The notes: generated by a model from the letters alone, not told the origin. A stretch of 64,000 nucleotides of DNA from Candidatus Woesebacteria bacterium (GCA_013374835.1 CP055307.1:279315-343314); one strand, 5' to 3'; positions 44,913 to 55,093 are shown, counted from the first letter of the stretch. Made by a program: numbers and translations.

Positions 44913-44935
44913 CAAAAAAGGAATTTATATACCTC

Positions 44936-47900
44936 ATGGCGGATAACAATAAGCGGCGTAATTTTGGTAAAGAGGAGAAAAACCTGCCAGAGCTTGATTT
45001 ATCTCTTATTCAGAGAGAAAGTTGGCAGTGGTTTTTGTCGGAGGGAATTGCTTCTGAAATTTCTCAGATAAGTCCTATTGATGATTTTACCGGCAAGAAT
45101 TGGCAGCTTGTTTTGGGCGAGCATACTCTTGAGGAGCCTGAAATTAATCCAAAGAGTGCTATTGAAAAAGGTTTAACATATTCGGCTCCGTTTAAGATTC
45201 AGACAAGTCTGATTAATAAAAATACCGGTGAGAGAATTGACCAAGAGGTGTTTTTGGGCAATCTTCCCCAAATGACGGCTTCCGGGACGTTTATTATAAA
45301 CGGTATAGAAAGAGCCGTCATTAATCAGCTTGTAAGATCATCCGGTGTTTATTTTTCGGGAGAACAGGATACAACTTCCGGGCGGATGCTTTATATGGCT
45401 GAAGTAAGGCCTCTTCGTGGCAGTTGGCTTGAGTTTGAAATAAATAAAAACGATGTTATATGGGCAAGAATTGATAAAAGAAGAAAAATAAATGCGGCTA
45501 CAATTCTTCGTGCACTTGGTTATGAAAATAATAAGGATATTTTGAATTTATTTACGGATGTAGATACAGACAAAGAACATCAGTATATAAAAACAACTTT
45601 GGCAAAAGATTTATCTTCGACTCGTGAAGAAGCGCTTTTGGAAATTTATAGGAAGTTAAGGCCAGGGGAGCCGGCTGTCTTGGAAAATGCCGAGGGTTTG
45701 TTTAATAGTTTGTTTTTTGATCACAGAAGGTATGACTTGGGTCGTGTGGGGAGATATAAGATAAACAAGAAGCTTGGGCAGGATGTTCCGAACGATGAAC
45801 AAAATTGGGTTTTGATAAAGGAGGACTTTGTAAACACGATATCTTATCTGATTGGTCTTCAAAACGGTGTGGGTGAAATTGACGATATTGATCATCTTGC
45901 GAATAGAAGATTAAGAAGAGTCGGTGAGCTTGTAGCTACTCATGCATTTAGGGTGGGGCTTTTGAGACTCGAAAGATCCGTTAAGGAGAAGATGAGCCTT
46001 ATCTCACCAGATGATAAACCTCAGCCTCAGAATCTTATTAATGCAAGGCCTTTGATTGCTTCAATTAACGAGTTTTTTAGGTCAAATCAGCTTTCGACAA
46101 TACTTGATGATACAAACCCTTTAAGCGAGATTGATAATCTAAGGCGCGTAACGGTTTTGGGTCCTGGAGGTATAAATCGAGAAAGGGCTTCGTTTTCAAT
46201 ACGTGATATTAATTCTTCCCAGTATGGAAGGATTGATCCTGTAAGAAGTCCTGAGGGTCCGAATATTGGACTTGTTACTTATCTTGCTTTATATGCTCAT
46301 ATAAATGAGTATGGTTTTATTGAATCTCCTTATAGAAAAGTAGAAAAGGTAAAGGTAAAAGGAAAAACAGAGGTAAGGGTAACTGATGAGACGGTTTATT
46401 TAACGGCCGATGATGAAGAGAATTATCATATTACACACTCGGATGTGACGCTTGATAAGCGCGGATTTATCCAAGAAAAAAGACTTGCTTATAGATATAA
46501 AGGAGCTTTTATGGAGGGACCGTCTAGTTTGGTTGATTTAATTGATTTGACTCCCAGGCAGGTGTTTGGCGTTTCTGCGGCCTTAATTCCATTTTTGCCA
46601 AATGACCATGGGAATAGAGCTCTTATGGGTAGCAATATGCAGTGTCAGGCTGTTCCTTTGATCAAACCTTCTTCGCCAGTTATTGGCACAGGTATGGAGG
46701 AGATTGTGGCTGGAGCGATGGGTAGAGTAATAAGAGCTTTTTATCCTGGAACAGTAACGTATGTTGATGCCGAGCGGATTGATGTGGAGCTTGAAAAGAA
46801 AATTGAGAGTAATGGAAATTATGGAGCTAATATTGAGATAAGCGACGGTGGTAAAAAGATAACTTATTTTTTGACTAAGTTTAAGAGGACTTCGCAGTCA
46901 ACGTCTTATAATCAGAAGGCAGTAGTAAATGTTGGAGCTAAGGTTAAAAAAGGAGATCTTTTAGCAGACGGACCTTCTTGTGAATTAGGAGAGCTTGCTT
47001 TGGGGCAGAATTTGGTTATAGCTTATGCAAGTTTTGAAGGATATGGATTTGAGGATGCAATTTTGGTTTCCAGCAGACTTGTAGAGGATGATCTTTTGAC
47101 ATCGGTTCATATTAAGGAATATCAAGCAGATGTTGTAGAAACTAAATTGGGTCCTGAGGAGTTGACTCGGGATATTCCAAACGTTGCCGAGCAGGAGCTC
47201 GCTAATCTTGCCGAGGACGGGATTGTTGTGATAGGTGCTGAAGTGGGGCCGAATGATATTCTGGTTGGAAAAATTGCACCTAAAGGCGAAACGGAATTAA
47301 CCTCGGAAGAGAGGCTTCTAAGAGCTATTTTTGGAGAAAAGGCTCGTGAAGTTAGGGATACTTCTTTGAGAGTTCCACACGGAGAAGGTGGTATAGTTGT
47401 TGATGTGAATATTTTAGATAAAGATAAGGGTGACGAGTTGGGTCCAGGAGTGATAAAAAGCGTGATCGTAAAAGTTGCGCAGCTTAGAAAGGTGATGGTT
47501 GGAGATAAATTAGCCGGTAGGCATGGAAATAAAGGTGTGATTGCACGTATTCTTCCTGAGGAGGATATGCCATATTTGGAAGACGGAACTCCGGTTGACA
47601 TAATTATTTCTCCATTATCTGTGTTGGCTCGTATGAATTTGGGACAGCTTCTTGAAGTTCATCTTGGATGGGCTTTGAGTAAAAAGGGCGAGAAAGGTGC
47701 AATTCCTGTTTTTGATCGTATATCTGAGGATGTAATTACAAAGGAGCTTAAATCAGCGGGGCTTCCGGTTGACGGTAAAGCAAAGCTTTTTGATGGTAGG
47801 ACGGGTGAAGCTTTTGAGGAGAATACAGTGGTTGGTGTGGGTTATATCCTTAAACTTAAGCATATGATTGAGGATAAAACCCATGCTCGTTCGACTGGGC

Positions 47901-50900
47901 CTTATTCGTTAGTTACACAACAGCCCTTAGGCGGAAAGGCACAAATGGGCGGACAAAGACTTGGAGAGATGGAGGTATGGGCGCTTGAAGCTCATAGGGC
48001 AGCTTATACATTGCAAGAGATGCTGACAATTAAGTCTGATGATATTATTGGGCGCGCCCAGGCTTTTGGTGCGATAGTGAAGGGCGAGCCTATTCCTGAG
48101 GCACGGGTTCCTGAAAGTTTTAAGGTATTGATTAGGGAGCTAAACTCTCTTGGATTATCTGTAAATATTGAAGGAAGAGTTGCAATAAAAGATGAAGGTG
48201 AAGAGGAAAACGGTCGTGAATCGGAAAGTATGGAGATAAAAAGTGACCAAAAAATGGATCCTTTGGCTGTACTTAAGAGTTTGGATGATATTACTTCTTT
48301 ACAGATTAAACTTGCTTCACCTGAGGAAATAAGAGCTTGGTCCAAGGGTGAAGTTATAAAACCCGAGACTATTAACTATAGAACGTTAAAGCCTGAAAAG
48401 GACGGTCTTTTTGACGAAAGAATATTTGGTCCTACAAAGGATTATGAGTGTTATTGCGGCAAATATAAAAGGATTAGATATAAAGGTGTTGTGTGCGATA
48501 AGTGCGGTGTTGAAGTAACAGAGTCTAGGGTTAGAAGAGAAAGAATGGGCCATATTGAACTTGCGGCACCAGTTGTCCATGTTTGGTACTTTAAAGGTGC
48601 ACCGTCGAAAGTTTCACTTCTTCTTGGGCTTCCGCCTCGGGCGGTTGAGCAGGTTGTTTATTTTGCTAGGTATATGGTTATGAGTGTTGATGAAGAATTG
48701 AGAAAGGAAGCGCTTAAGAATATTGAAAATATTCATGTTGAGAAAATAAAGGAGATAAAAGAGATATACCGAGATCAAAAGCAGATCGTAGAAACAGATG
48801 CAAAAGAGCGAAAAGAGCGTGTTAAGTCCAGAGTTAAAGACAAGGACCAGCTGGCTTTGGCTTTGAGCGAGGTGGATCTTGGGTTGCGAAAGAAGATAAC
48901 TTCGATTACCGAAGAAGAAAAAAGCTCGATTGAAAAGACAGATGATCTTTTTCAGAAGATTAAGCAGTTAATTAAAGATATTAAAAAGTATGGTTTTTTA
49001 ACCGAGGATGAATATGACAAGCTTTATGGGTATGGCGTTGCCGATTTTGTTGAGGTAAAGATGGGTGCGGAGGCTGTACTTGAAGTGCTTAAAAGCATTA
49101 ATCTTGAGGAACTTTCAAAGGAAATAAGAAAAGAGCTCAAAGAAATTAAGGGCAAGGGCCCAAGATATGTGAAATTAACGAAACGGCTTAAGATAATTGA
49201 CGGGATGAGGGATGCAAAGATAGATCCGTCTTGGATGGTTCTTAAGGTTCTTCCTGTTTTACCTCCCGATTTGAGGCCCATGGTTCAGCTTTCAGGTGGG
49301 AGATTTGCGACGAGTGATTTGAATGATCTTTACAGAAGGGTGATTAATAGGAACAATAGACTTAAGCACCTTATTTCTCTTGGAGCGCCCGAGATTATTT
49401 TGAGAAATGAAAAGAGGATGCTTCAGGAATCTGTAGATTCTTTGATTGACGCGTCACAGAGAAAAGCAACCAGAAGAGGTAGGGGAAGGCAACCTTTGAG
49501 ATCTTTATCTGATATGCTTCGCGGTAAGCAAGGAAGATTTCGACAAAATCTTTTGGGTAAGCGCGTTGATTATTCCGGCAGAAGCGTGATTGTCGTGGGT
49601 CCTGAGCTTAAACTAAATCAGTGCGGTATCCCAAAAGAGATGGCTTTGGAGATAGCTAAGCCTTTTGTTCTTCGTGAAATGATTTCAAGAGGCATGGCTC
49701 CTAATGTGAAAAGTGCAAAAAATATGCTTGAGAGAAGACCTTCCGAAGTTTTTGATATTCTTGAGGAAATAACGAAAAATCATCCTGTTCTTTTGAATAG
49801 GGCACCGACTCTTCATAAGCTTGGTTTTCAATCTTTTTATCCGGTTCTTATTGAGGGTAACGCGATACGTCTGCATCCAGCGGTCTGTAAGGGTTACAAT
49901 GCTGATTTTGATGGTGATCAAATGGCAGTTCATCTGCCGTTATCTACGAATGCCATACGAGAATCTATTGAGCTTATGATGTCGGACAAGAATCTATTAA
50001 GGCCTGCGGACGGATCCCCGATGGCTGCTCCTGCTTCAAAAGAAATAGCTCTTGGGCTTTATTTCTTGACCATTATTGATGAGCGAATTGCAAAATCTGA
50101 TGTTATTTTTTCTGATTTCAACGAGGTGATTTTAGCTTATGGGCTTTCGAAAATTAATCTTAGACAGAAGATATCAGTAAGATATAACGGAAAGATTATT
50201 GAAACTACGCCCGGAAGAATTTTGTTTAACGAGATATTACCGCCTCAATTTGATTATATTAATGAAAATGTAAGTTCAGACGTTATTAAAAAAATTATTG
50301 ATGATGCCTTTAGTAAGGTGACTCACGAGGAGCTTGTTAGAATGATCGATGATATTAAAGACCTTGGTTTTATGGGAGGGACAGTATCTGGACTTTCTTT
50401 TGGAGTTACTGATGCGATAGTCCATCCAGAAAAGGACAAAATTATTGAAAGGGCAAATAAGCGAGTTTCAGACGTGGAGAACAATTTTGCTCAGGGACTT
50501 ATAACCCTTGAGGAGAAAAAGAGGTTGACAAAGGATATTTGGATTGAGACTACAGAGGAGATAGTCGATAAAACTTGGGATCTTCTTGATCCTATTGGAT
50601 CTATTAGAATGGTGATTGACGCTAAAGTGGGCAGAACTTCTAGGGACCAGATTAAACAGCTTTCCGGAATGATCGGTCTTGTTGTAGATCCTTTGGGAAA
50701 GGTGGTTGAGCTTCCTGTTAAGTCTAATTTTAGAGAGGGACTTTCTGTGTATGAGTATGTAAACGGAAGTCGTGGAGCGAGAAAAGGGCTGACTGATACT
50801 GCTCTTAAGACTGCTGATGCAGGATATCTTACCCGCCGGCTTGTAGATGTTGCCCACGATGTTATTGTAAGGGAGGAAGATTGTGGTGTTGAAGAGGGAC

Positions 50901-51964
50901 TTTTGGTCACAAGATCTTCTAGACCAAAGATGTTTTTGAGAAGGATCGTTGGAAGAGTGGCTGCTAATGATATAAAGGATGCAAAAGGTAAAGTTATAGT
51001 TGCAAAGGGTGAAATTATTGAGGAAACAAAGCTTTCGGATATTGAAAAGGCTGGTATTTCACAGGTTTCTATTCATTCTCCATTGACTTGTAATACAAGA
51101 TATGGAGTTTGTAGAAAATGTTACGGATGGGATTTGTCTACCAAGAAGCTTGTTGATATTGGTACTCCAGTGGGAGTTCTGGCGGCTCAATCTATCGGTG
51201 AGCCTGGTACACAGCTTACTATGAGAACTAAACATAGCGGTGGTGTAGTGGGAGTTGACGTTACACAAGGTTTGCCTAGAGTTGAAGAGCTTTTTGAATC
51301 GAGAAGTCCTAAGATTCAATCTTCTTTGGCTGAAATTTCTGGGAAAGTTAAGATTGAGGAGACAGAAGTCGGGTGGAATGTGATTATTAGGAATTCCGGT
51401 ACAAAGCCACCTGAAGAGAGAGCGTATTTTGTTCCTAAGACCCAGAAGTTAATGGTAGAGGACGGAGAGAGTGTGGAAGTGGGAGCTCAGCTTTCAAGTG
51501 GATACCTTGATATTAAGGAAATTTTGTTAATTAAAGGGCTCAAGGCGGCACAGGAATATTTAGTAACAGAGCTTCAAACTGTTTATGAATCACAGGGAAT
51601 ACCAATTAACGACAGACATTTTGAGGTGATAGTTAGAAAAATGAGTGATGAGGTTAAGATAATTACTGCGGGAGATACTGATCTTCTTCCCGGTGAACAA
51701 ATTGAGAAGGCAAAATTTGAAGAGGAAAACGAGAGAGTTTTGGCGGCAGGAGGAGAGGCTGCTACTGCTTCGCAGATAATTCTTGGGATTACCAGAAGGG
51801 CGATGTATACAGAGAGCTGGCTTTCTGCAGCAAGTTTTCAGCAAACGACAGATGTACTTTCTGATTCGGCATTAATGGGTAGAACTGATAAGCTTATTGG
51901 CTTGAAAGAAAATGTAATTATTGGTAGGCTTATACCTGTTTCGCCTGATAGGGTGATGCTTTAA
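44936..51964 (+). CDS. rpoBC: Fused RNA polymerase beta-beta' subunit
   Basis: A single 2342-aa ORF. Beta motifs GDKLAGRHGNKG, GGQRLGEMEVW and PESFKVL run in frame into the beta' Zn finger, NADFDGD, TADAGYLTRRL and KENVIIGRLIP. Confidence 0.96.
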   Translation: MADNNKRRNFGKEEKNLPELDLSLIQRESWQWFLSEGIASEISQISPIDDFTGKNWQLVLGEHTLEEPEINPKSAIEKGLTYSAPFKIQTSLINKNTGERIDQEVFLGNLPQMTASGTFIINGIERAVINQLVRSSGVYFSGEQDTTSGRMLYMAEVRPLRGSWLEFEINKNDVIWARIDKRRKINAATILRALGYENNKDILNLFTDVDTDKEHQYIKTTLAKDLSSTREEALLEIYRKLRPGEPAVLENAEGLFNSLFFDHRRYDLGRVGRYKINKKLGQDVPNDEQNWVLIKEDFVNTISYLIGLQNGVGEIDDIDHLANRRLRRVGELVATHAFRVGLLRLERSVKEKMSLISPDDKPQPQNLINARPLIASINEFFRSNQLSTILDDTNPLSEIDNLRRVTVLGPGGINRERASFSIRDINSSQYGRIDPVRSPEGPNIGLVTYLALYAHINEYGFIESPYRKVEKVKVKGKTEVRVTDETVYLTADDEENYHITHSDVTLDKRGFIQEKRLAYRYKGAFMEGPSSLVDLIDLTPRQVFGVSAALIPFLPNDHGNRALMGSNMQCQAVPLIKPSSPVIGTGMEEIVAGAMGRVIRAFYPGTVTYVDAERIDVELEKKIESNGNYGANIEISDGGKKITYFLTKFKRTSQSTSYNQKAVVNVGAKVKKGDLLADGPSCELGELALGQNLVIAYASFEGYGFEDAILVSSRLVEDDLLTSVHIKEYQADVVETKLGPEELTRDIPNVAEQELANLAEDGIVVIGAEVGPNDILVGKIAPKGETELTSEERLLRAIFGEKAREVRDTSLRVPHGEGGIVVDVNILDKDKGDELGPGVIKSVIVKVAQLRKVMVGDKLAGRHGNKGVIARILPEEDMPYLEDGTPVDIIISPLSVLARMNLGQLLEVHLGWALSKKGEKGAIPVFDRISEDVITKELKSAGLPVDGKAKLFDGRTGEAFEENTVVGVGYILKLKHMIEDKTHARSTGPYSLVTQQPLGGKAQMGGQRLGEMEVWALEAHRAAYTLQEMLTIKSDDIIGRAQAFGAIVKGEPIPEARVPESFKVLIRELNSLGLSVNIEGRVAIKDEGEEENGRESESMEIKSDQKMDPLAVLKSLDDITSLQIKLASPEEIRAWSKGEVIKPETINYRTLKPEKDGLFDERIFGPTKDYECYCGKYKRIRYKGVVCDKCGVEVTESRVRRERMGHIELAAPVVHVWYFKGAPSKVSLLLGLPPRAVEQVVYFARYMVMSVDEELRKEALKNIENIHVEKIKEIKEIYRDQKQIVETDAKERKERVKSRVKDKDQLALALSEVDLGLRKKITSITEEEKSSIEKTDDLFQKIKQLIKDIKKYGFLTEDEYDKLYGYGVADFVEVKMGAEAVLEVLKSINLEELSKEIRKELKEIKGKGPRYVKLTKRLKIIDGMRDAKIDPSWMVLKVLPVLPPDLRPMVQLSGGRFATSDLNDLYRRVINRNNRLKHLISLGAPEIILRNEKRMLQESVDSLIDASQRKATRRGRGRQPLRSLSDMLRGKQGRFRQNLLGKRVDYSGRSVIVVGPELKLNQCGIPKEMALEIAKPFVLREMISRGMAPNVKSAKNMLERRPSEVFDILEEITKNHPVLLNRAPTLHKLGFQSFYPVLIEGNAIRLHPAVCKGYNADFDGDQMAVHLPLSTNAIRESIELMMSDKNLLRPADGSPMAAPASKEIALGLYFLTIIDERIAKSDVIFSDFNEVILAYGLSKINLRQKISVRYNGKIIETTPGRILFNEILPPQFDYINENVSSDVIKKIIDDAFSKVTHEELVRMIDDIKDLGFMGGTVSGLSFGVTDAIVHPEKDKIIERANKRVSDVENNFAQGLITLEEKKRLTKDIWIETTEEIVDKTWDLLDPIGSIRMVIDAKVGRTSRDQIKQLSGMIGLVVDPLGKVVELPVKSNFREGLSVYEYVNGSRGARKGLTDTALKTADAGYLTRRLVDVAHDVIVREEDCGVEEGLLVTRSSRPKMFLRRIVGRVAANDIKDAKGKVIVAKGEIIEETKLSDIEKAGISQVSIHSPLTCNTRYGVCRKCYGWDLSTKKLVDIGTPVGVLAAQSIGEPGTQLTMRTKHSGGVVGVDVTQGLPRVEELFESRSPKIQSSLAEISGKVKIEETEVGWNVIIRNSGTKPPEERAYFVPKTQKLMVEDGESVEVGAQLSSGYLDIKEILLIKGLKAAQEYLVTELQTVYESQGIPINDRHFEVIVRKMSDEVKIITAGDTDLLPGEQIEKAKFEEENERVLAAGGEAATASQIILGITRRAMYTESWLSAASFQQTTDVLSDSALMGRTDKLIGLKENVIIGRLIPVSPDRVML

Positions 51965-51976
51965 ATTTTTATTGAT

Positions 51977-52432
51977 ATGCCAACAGTTTCTCAATTAGTA
52001 CGAAAACCCAGAAAAAAACAAATTAAAAAGGCCAGAAGTGTAGCCTTGAAGAAGTGGTTTAACGCGAAGGATAGAATTTATAAGGTTTATTCTTCGCCAT
52101 TTAAGCGGGGTGTTGTTTTGTCTGTAAGGACAATGACGCCAAGAAAGCCAAACTCCGCTTTGCGTAAAGTTGCTCGTGTAAGGCTTTCGAATAAACAGGA
52201 GGTAACAGCATATATTCCGGGTGAGGGACATGAGATATCGGAGCACTCGATTGTTTTGGTTAGATCGGGACGCGTTAAGGACTTGCCGGGAGTAAGGTAT
52301 CAGGTTGTTAGAGGTAAATATGATGCAAGAGGAGTGGTAGGAAGAAAAACTTCCAGATCAAGATATGGTACTAAAAAGCAGGGAATAGCAACAGGTGGGG
52401 TGAGCTCTAGTGCTGAAGGAGGAGAGGAGTAA
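51977..52432 (+). CDS. rpsL: 30S ribosomal protein S12
   Basis: [20 protein letters not shown] and [11 protein letters not shown]. Confidence 0.98.
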   Translation: MPTVSQLVRKPRKKQIKKARSVALKKWFNAKDRIYKVYSSPFKRGVVLSVRTMTPRKPNSALRKVARVRLSNKQEVTAYIPGEGHEISEHSIVLVRSGRVKDLPGVRYQVVRGKYDARGVVGRKTSRSRYGTKKQGIATGGVSSSAEGGEE

Positions 52433-52441
52433 AGAAATATT

Positions 52442-52921
52442 ATGCCTAGACGAGGTTATATAAAACAAAAAAGAGTTGAACTTGATCCTTTATACAATGA
52501 TTTTATGGTGGCGAAGCTTATTAATAGATCGATGAAGGACGGAAAAAAGTCTGTTTCTCAAAAACAAGTTTATAGAGCTTTTGAGATTATAAAGGAGCAG
52601 ACCAAAGAGGATCCTTTGGAAGTATTCAAAAGGGCGCTTGAGAATATGAGGCCTACTATGGAGGTGCGTCCGAGAAGAGTAGGAGGCGCTGCTTATCAGG
52701 TACCTATGCCTGTGAGGGGTAGTCGTCAGGATTCGCTTGCTATACGTTGGTTAATTGCTGCTGCAAGAAGCAGGCCGAATAGTGAGTTTCATACTTATGC
52801 AGAAAAGCTCGCAACCGAGCTTGTTGAAGCCTCAAAAGGTGAGGGTGTTGCTATCAAAAAGAAGCAGGAGGTAGAAAGGATTGCTGAAGCGAATAAGGCT
52901 TTCTCGCATTTTAGGTGGTAA
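52442..52921 (+). CDS. rpsG: 30S ribosomal protein S7
   Basis: DGKKS, RRVGGAAYQVP and AEANKAFSHFRW. Confidence 0.98.
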   Translation: MPRRGYIKQKRVELDPLYNDFMVAKLINRSMKDGKKSVSQKQVYRAFEIIKEQTKEDPLEVFKRALENMRPTMEVRPRRVGGAAYQVPMPVRGSRQDSLAIRWLIAAARSRPNSEFHTYAEKLATELVEASKGEGVAIKKKQEVERIAEANKAFSHFRW

Positions 52922-52927
52922 ATTTTT

Positions 52928-55093
52928 ATGGCTGTACAACAAACTAAGAAAAAGGCTTCTCTTGCGTCTATTGTAACTGAAAATCGTGAGGTTCCTTTAG
53001 AAAGAATTAGAAATATTGGAATTATTGCGCATATTGATGCAGGAAAGACCACGACTACAGAGAGAATTCTTTTTGAAACAGGAAAAACTTATAAGCACGG
53101 TTCGGTAGATGAGGGGACTACGGTAACTGATTGGATGGAGCAGGAAAGGGAGCGAGGGATTACTATTGTGAGCGCTGCAATAACAACTTTTTGGGATCTT
53201 CAATCCGATTCTTCTGTAGAGAATGGACATTATCGCGTTAATATTATAGATACTCCGGGACATATTGATTTTACTGCCGAGGTTGAAAGGTCTTTGAGGG
53301 TGTTGGATGGGGCGGTAATGGTTTTTGACGGTAGAACCGGAGTTGAATCGCAATCAGAGACCGTTTGGAGACAGGCCGATAGGTATCAAGTGCCTAGAAT
53401 TTGTATTTTAAACAAGCTTAATTTAATAGGTGCTGATTTTGAAGGAAGTATTAAATCTATAAGAACCAGGCTTGGTGCAAATGCGCTTCCTATACAGATG
53501 CCTGTCGGTATTGAGCATGATTTACGAGGTGTAGTTGATGTTATAAACATGAAGGCTTACACATATAAGGGTGTGGATGACAATAAGCTTACTGAGGAAG
53601 AAATTCCTGCTGATTTGAAGGAAAAGGCCAAATCTTATAGAGATGAACTTATTGAGGCGGTTGCAGAGTATGATGATGGTGTGCTTGAGAAATATCTTGA
53701 AGGTCAGGAGCTGGAGCCTAAAGATATAAAAAAAGCCATACGTGCGGGAGTGATTATGGGTAAATTTTTCCCAATTCTTGGGGGGGATAATAGAACTGTG
53801 ACTGTAAGAACGCTTCTTGATAGCGTAGTTGAATATTTACCCTCTCCTATTGATCTTCCACCCGTTGCTGGTGTAAATCCTAAAACAGGAAAAGAGGAAA
53901 CTCGGGAGAAAAATTTGGAAACACCGCTTTCTGCTCTTGCTTTTAAGGTAGTTACTGATCCGCATGTGGGGAGGCTTGTATATGTAAGAGTTTATTCAGG
54001 TAAGCTTAAGGCAGGAGAATCGGTTTATAACTCGAGTAAACAAACAACTGAAAGAATAGGAAAGCTTGTGCTTATGCATGCTGATCAAAGAGAGCTTATT
54101 GACGAAGCTTATTGTGGAGAGATTGTGGCTGTGGTGGGAAGCCGTGATTTAACAACGGGAGACACGATATGTGATCCGCGCAACCCAATAGTGCTTGAGT
54201 CGATTTCTTTTCCGGATCCTGTTATATCCCTTGCGATTGAACCTGCGACAAAGGCCGATCAAGAGAGAATGAGTCTTGCTTTAAATAAGCTTTCGGATGA
54301 AGATCCTACTTTTAGGATAAAAACAAACCATGAAACCGGTCAAACGATTATATCCGGGATGGGCGAGCTTCAGCTTGAAATTCTTGTTGATAGAATGAAA
54401 AGAGAATTTAATGTTGATGCAAAGACAGGAGCTCCACAGGTTGCTTATAAAGAGACTGTTAAGAGAGTTGCGACTGGTGAGGGTAAATATATAAGGCAGA
54501 CGGGCGGGCGTGGACAATATGGTCATTGTTTTCTTAGAATTGAGCCTTTGGGAAGGGGCGAGGGGGTAGTTTTTGTGTCTGAGATAAAGGGTGGCGCAAT
54601 TCCTTCCGAATTTATACCTGCTATTGAAAAAGGTGTTAAGGAGAAGCTTGAGTCAGGTATACTTGCGGGATATCCTGTGGTTGATTTGAAGGTTGCTGTT
54701 TACGACGGAAGTTTCCATGAGGTAGATTCTTCCGAGATTGCCTTTAAGATTGCTGGATCTTTAGCACTTGAGGAGGCTGCGAAAAAGGCGGACTTAGTGC
54801 TTTTGGAGCCTATTGTTAAGGTTGAAGTTACTACACCGGATGAATTTATGGGAGATGTGATTGGAGATCTTTCGAGTAGGAGAGCTCAAATACAGGGTAC
54901 TGAAGAAAGAGCGGGTTTGTCTGTAATAAATGCAATGGCTCCTTTGGCTGAGCTTTCGGGTTACGCAACAAGACTTAGGTCGCTATCGCAAGGAAGGGCG
55001 AGTGCTTATATTGAACCAAGCCATTATGAAGAAGTGCCGGCAAATATTTCTGAAAATATTGTTTCCCAGTCCGGCAGGGGATCTGTCTCTTGA
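52928..55093 (+). CDS. fusA: Elongation factor G
   Basis: AHIDAGKTT, ERERGITI, DTPGH, GMGELQLE, QTGGRGQYGH and DGSFHEVDSSE; str-operon position. Confidence 0.97.
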   Translation: MAVQQTKKKASLASIVTENREVPLERIRNIGIIAHIDAGKTTTTERILFETGKTYKHGSVDEGTTVTDWMEQERERGITIVSAAITTFWDLQSDSSVENGHYRVNIIDTPGHIDFTAEVERSLRVLDGAVMVFDGRTGVESQSETVWRQADRYQVPRICILNKLNLIGADFEGSIKSIRTRLGANALPIQMPVGIEHDLRGVVDVINMKAYTYKGVDDNKLTEEEIPADLKEKAKSYRDELIEAVAEYDDGVLEKYLEGQELEPKDIKKAIRAGVIMGKFFPILGGDNRTVTVRTLLDSVVEYLPSPIDLPPVAGVNPKTGKEETREKNLETPLSALAFKVVTDPHVGRLVYVRVYSGKLKAGESVYNSSKQTTERIGKLVLMHADQRELIDEAYCGEIVAVVGSRDLTTGDTICDPRNPIVLESISFPDPVISLAIEPATKADQERMSLALNKLSDEDPTFRIKTNHETGQTIISGMGELQLEILVDRMKREFNVDAKTGAPQVAYKETVKRVATGEGKYIRQTGGRGQYGHCFLRIEPLGRGEGVVFVSEIKGGAIPSEFIPAIEKGVKEKLESGILAGYPVVDLKVAVYDGSFHEVDSSEIAFKIAGSLALEEAAKKADLVLLEPIVKVEVTTPDEFMGDVIGDLSSRRAQIQGTEERAGLSVINAMAPLAELSGYATRLRSLSQGRASAYIEPSHYEEVPANISENIVSQSGRGSVS

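Noticed and set aside
44936-51964. Intein or intron as the cause of the very long RNAP ORF
   Set aside because: The length is accounted for by beta plus beta'; no intein termini or homing-endonuclease motifs were seen.
53777-53790. G7 homopolymer error as the cause of the odd EF-G G5 motif
   Set aside because: The frame continues into the conserved LLD.V..YLPSP, and the independent G4 change lies about 360 nt away.
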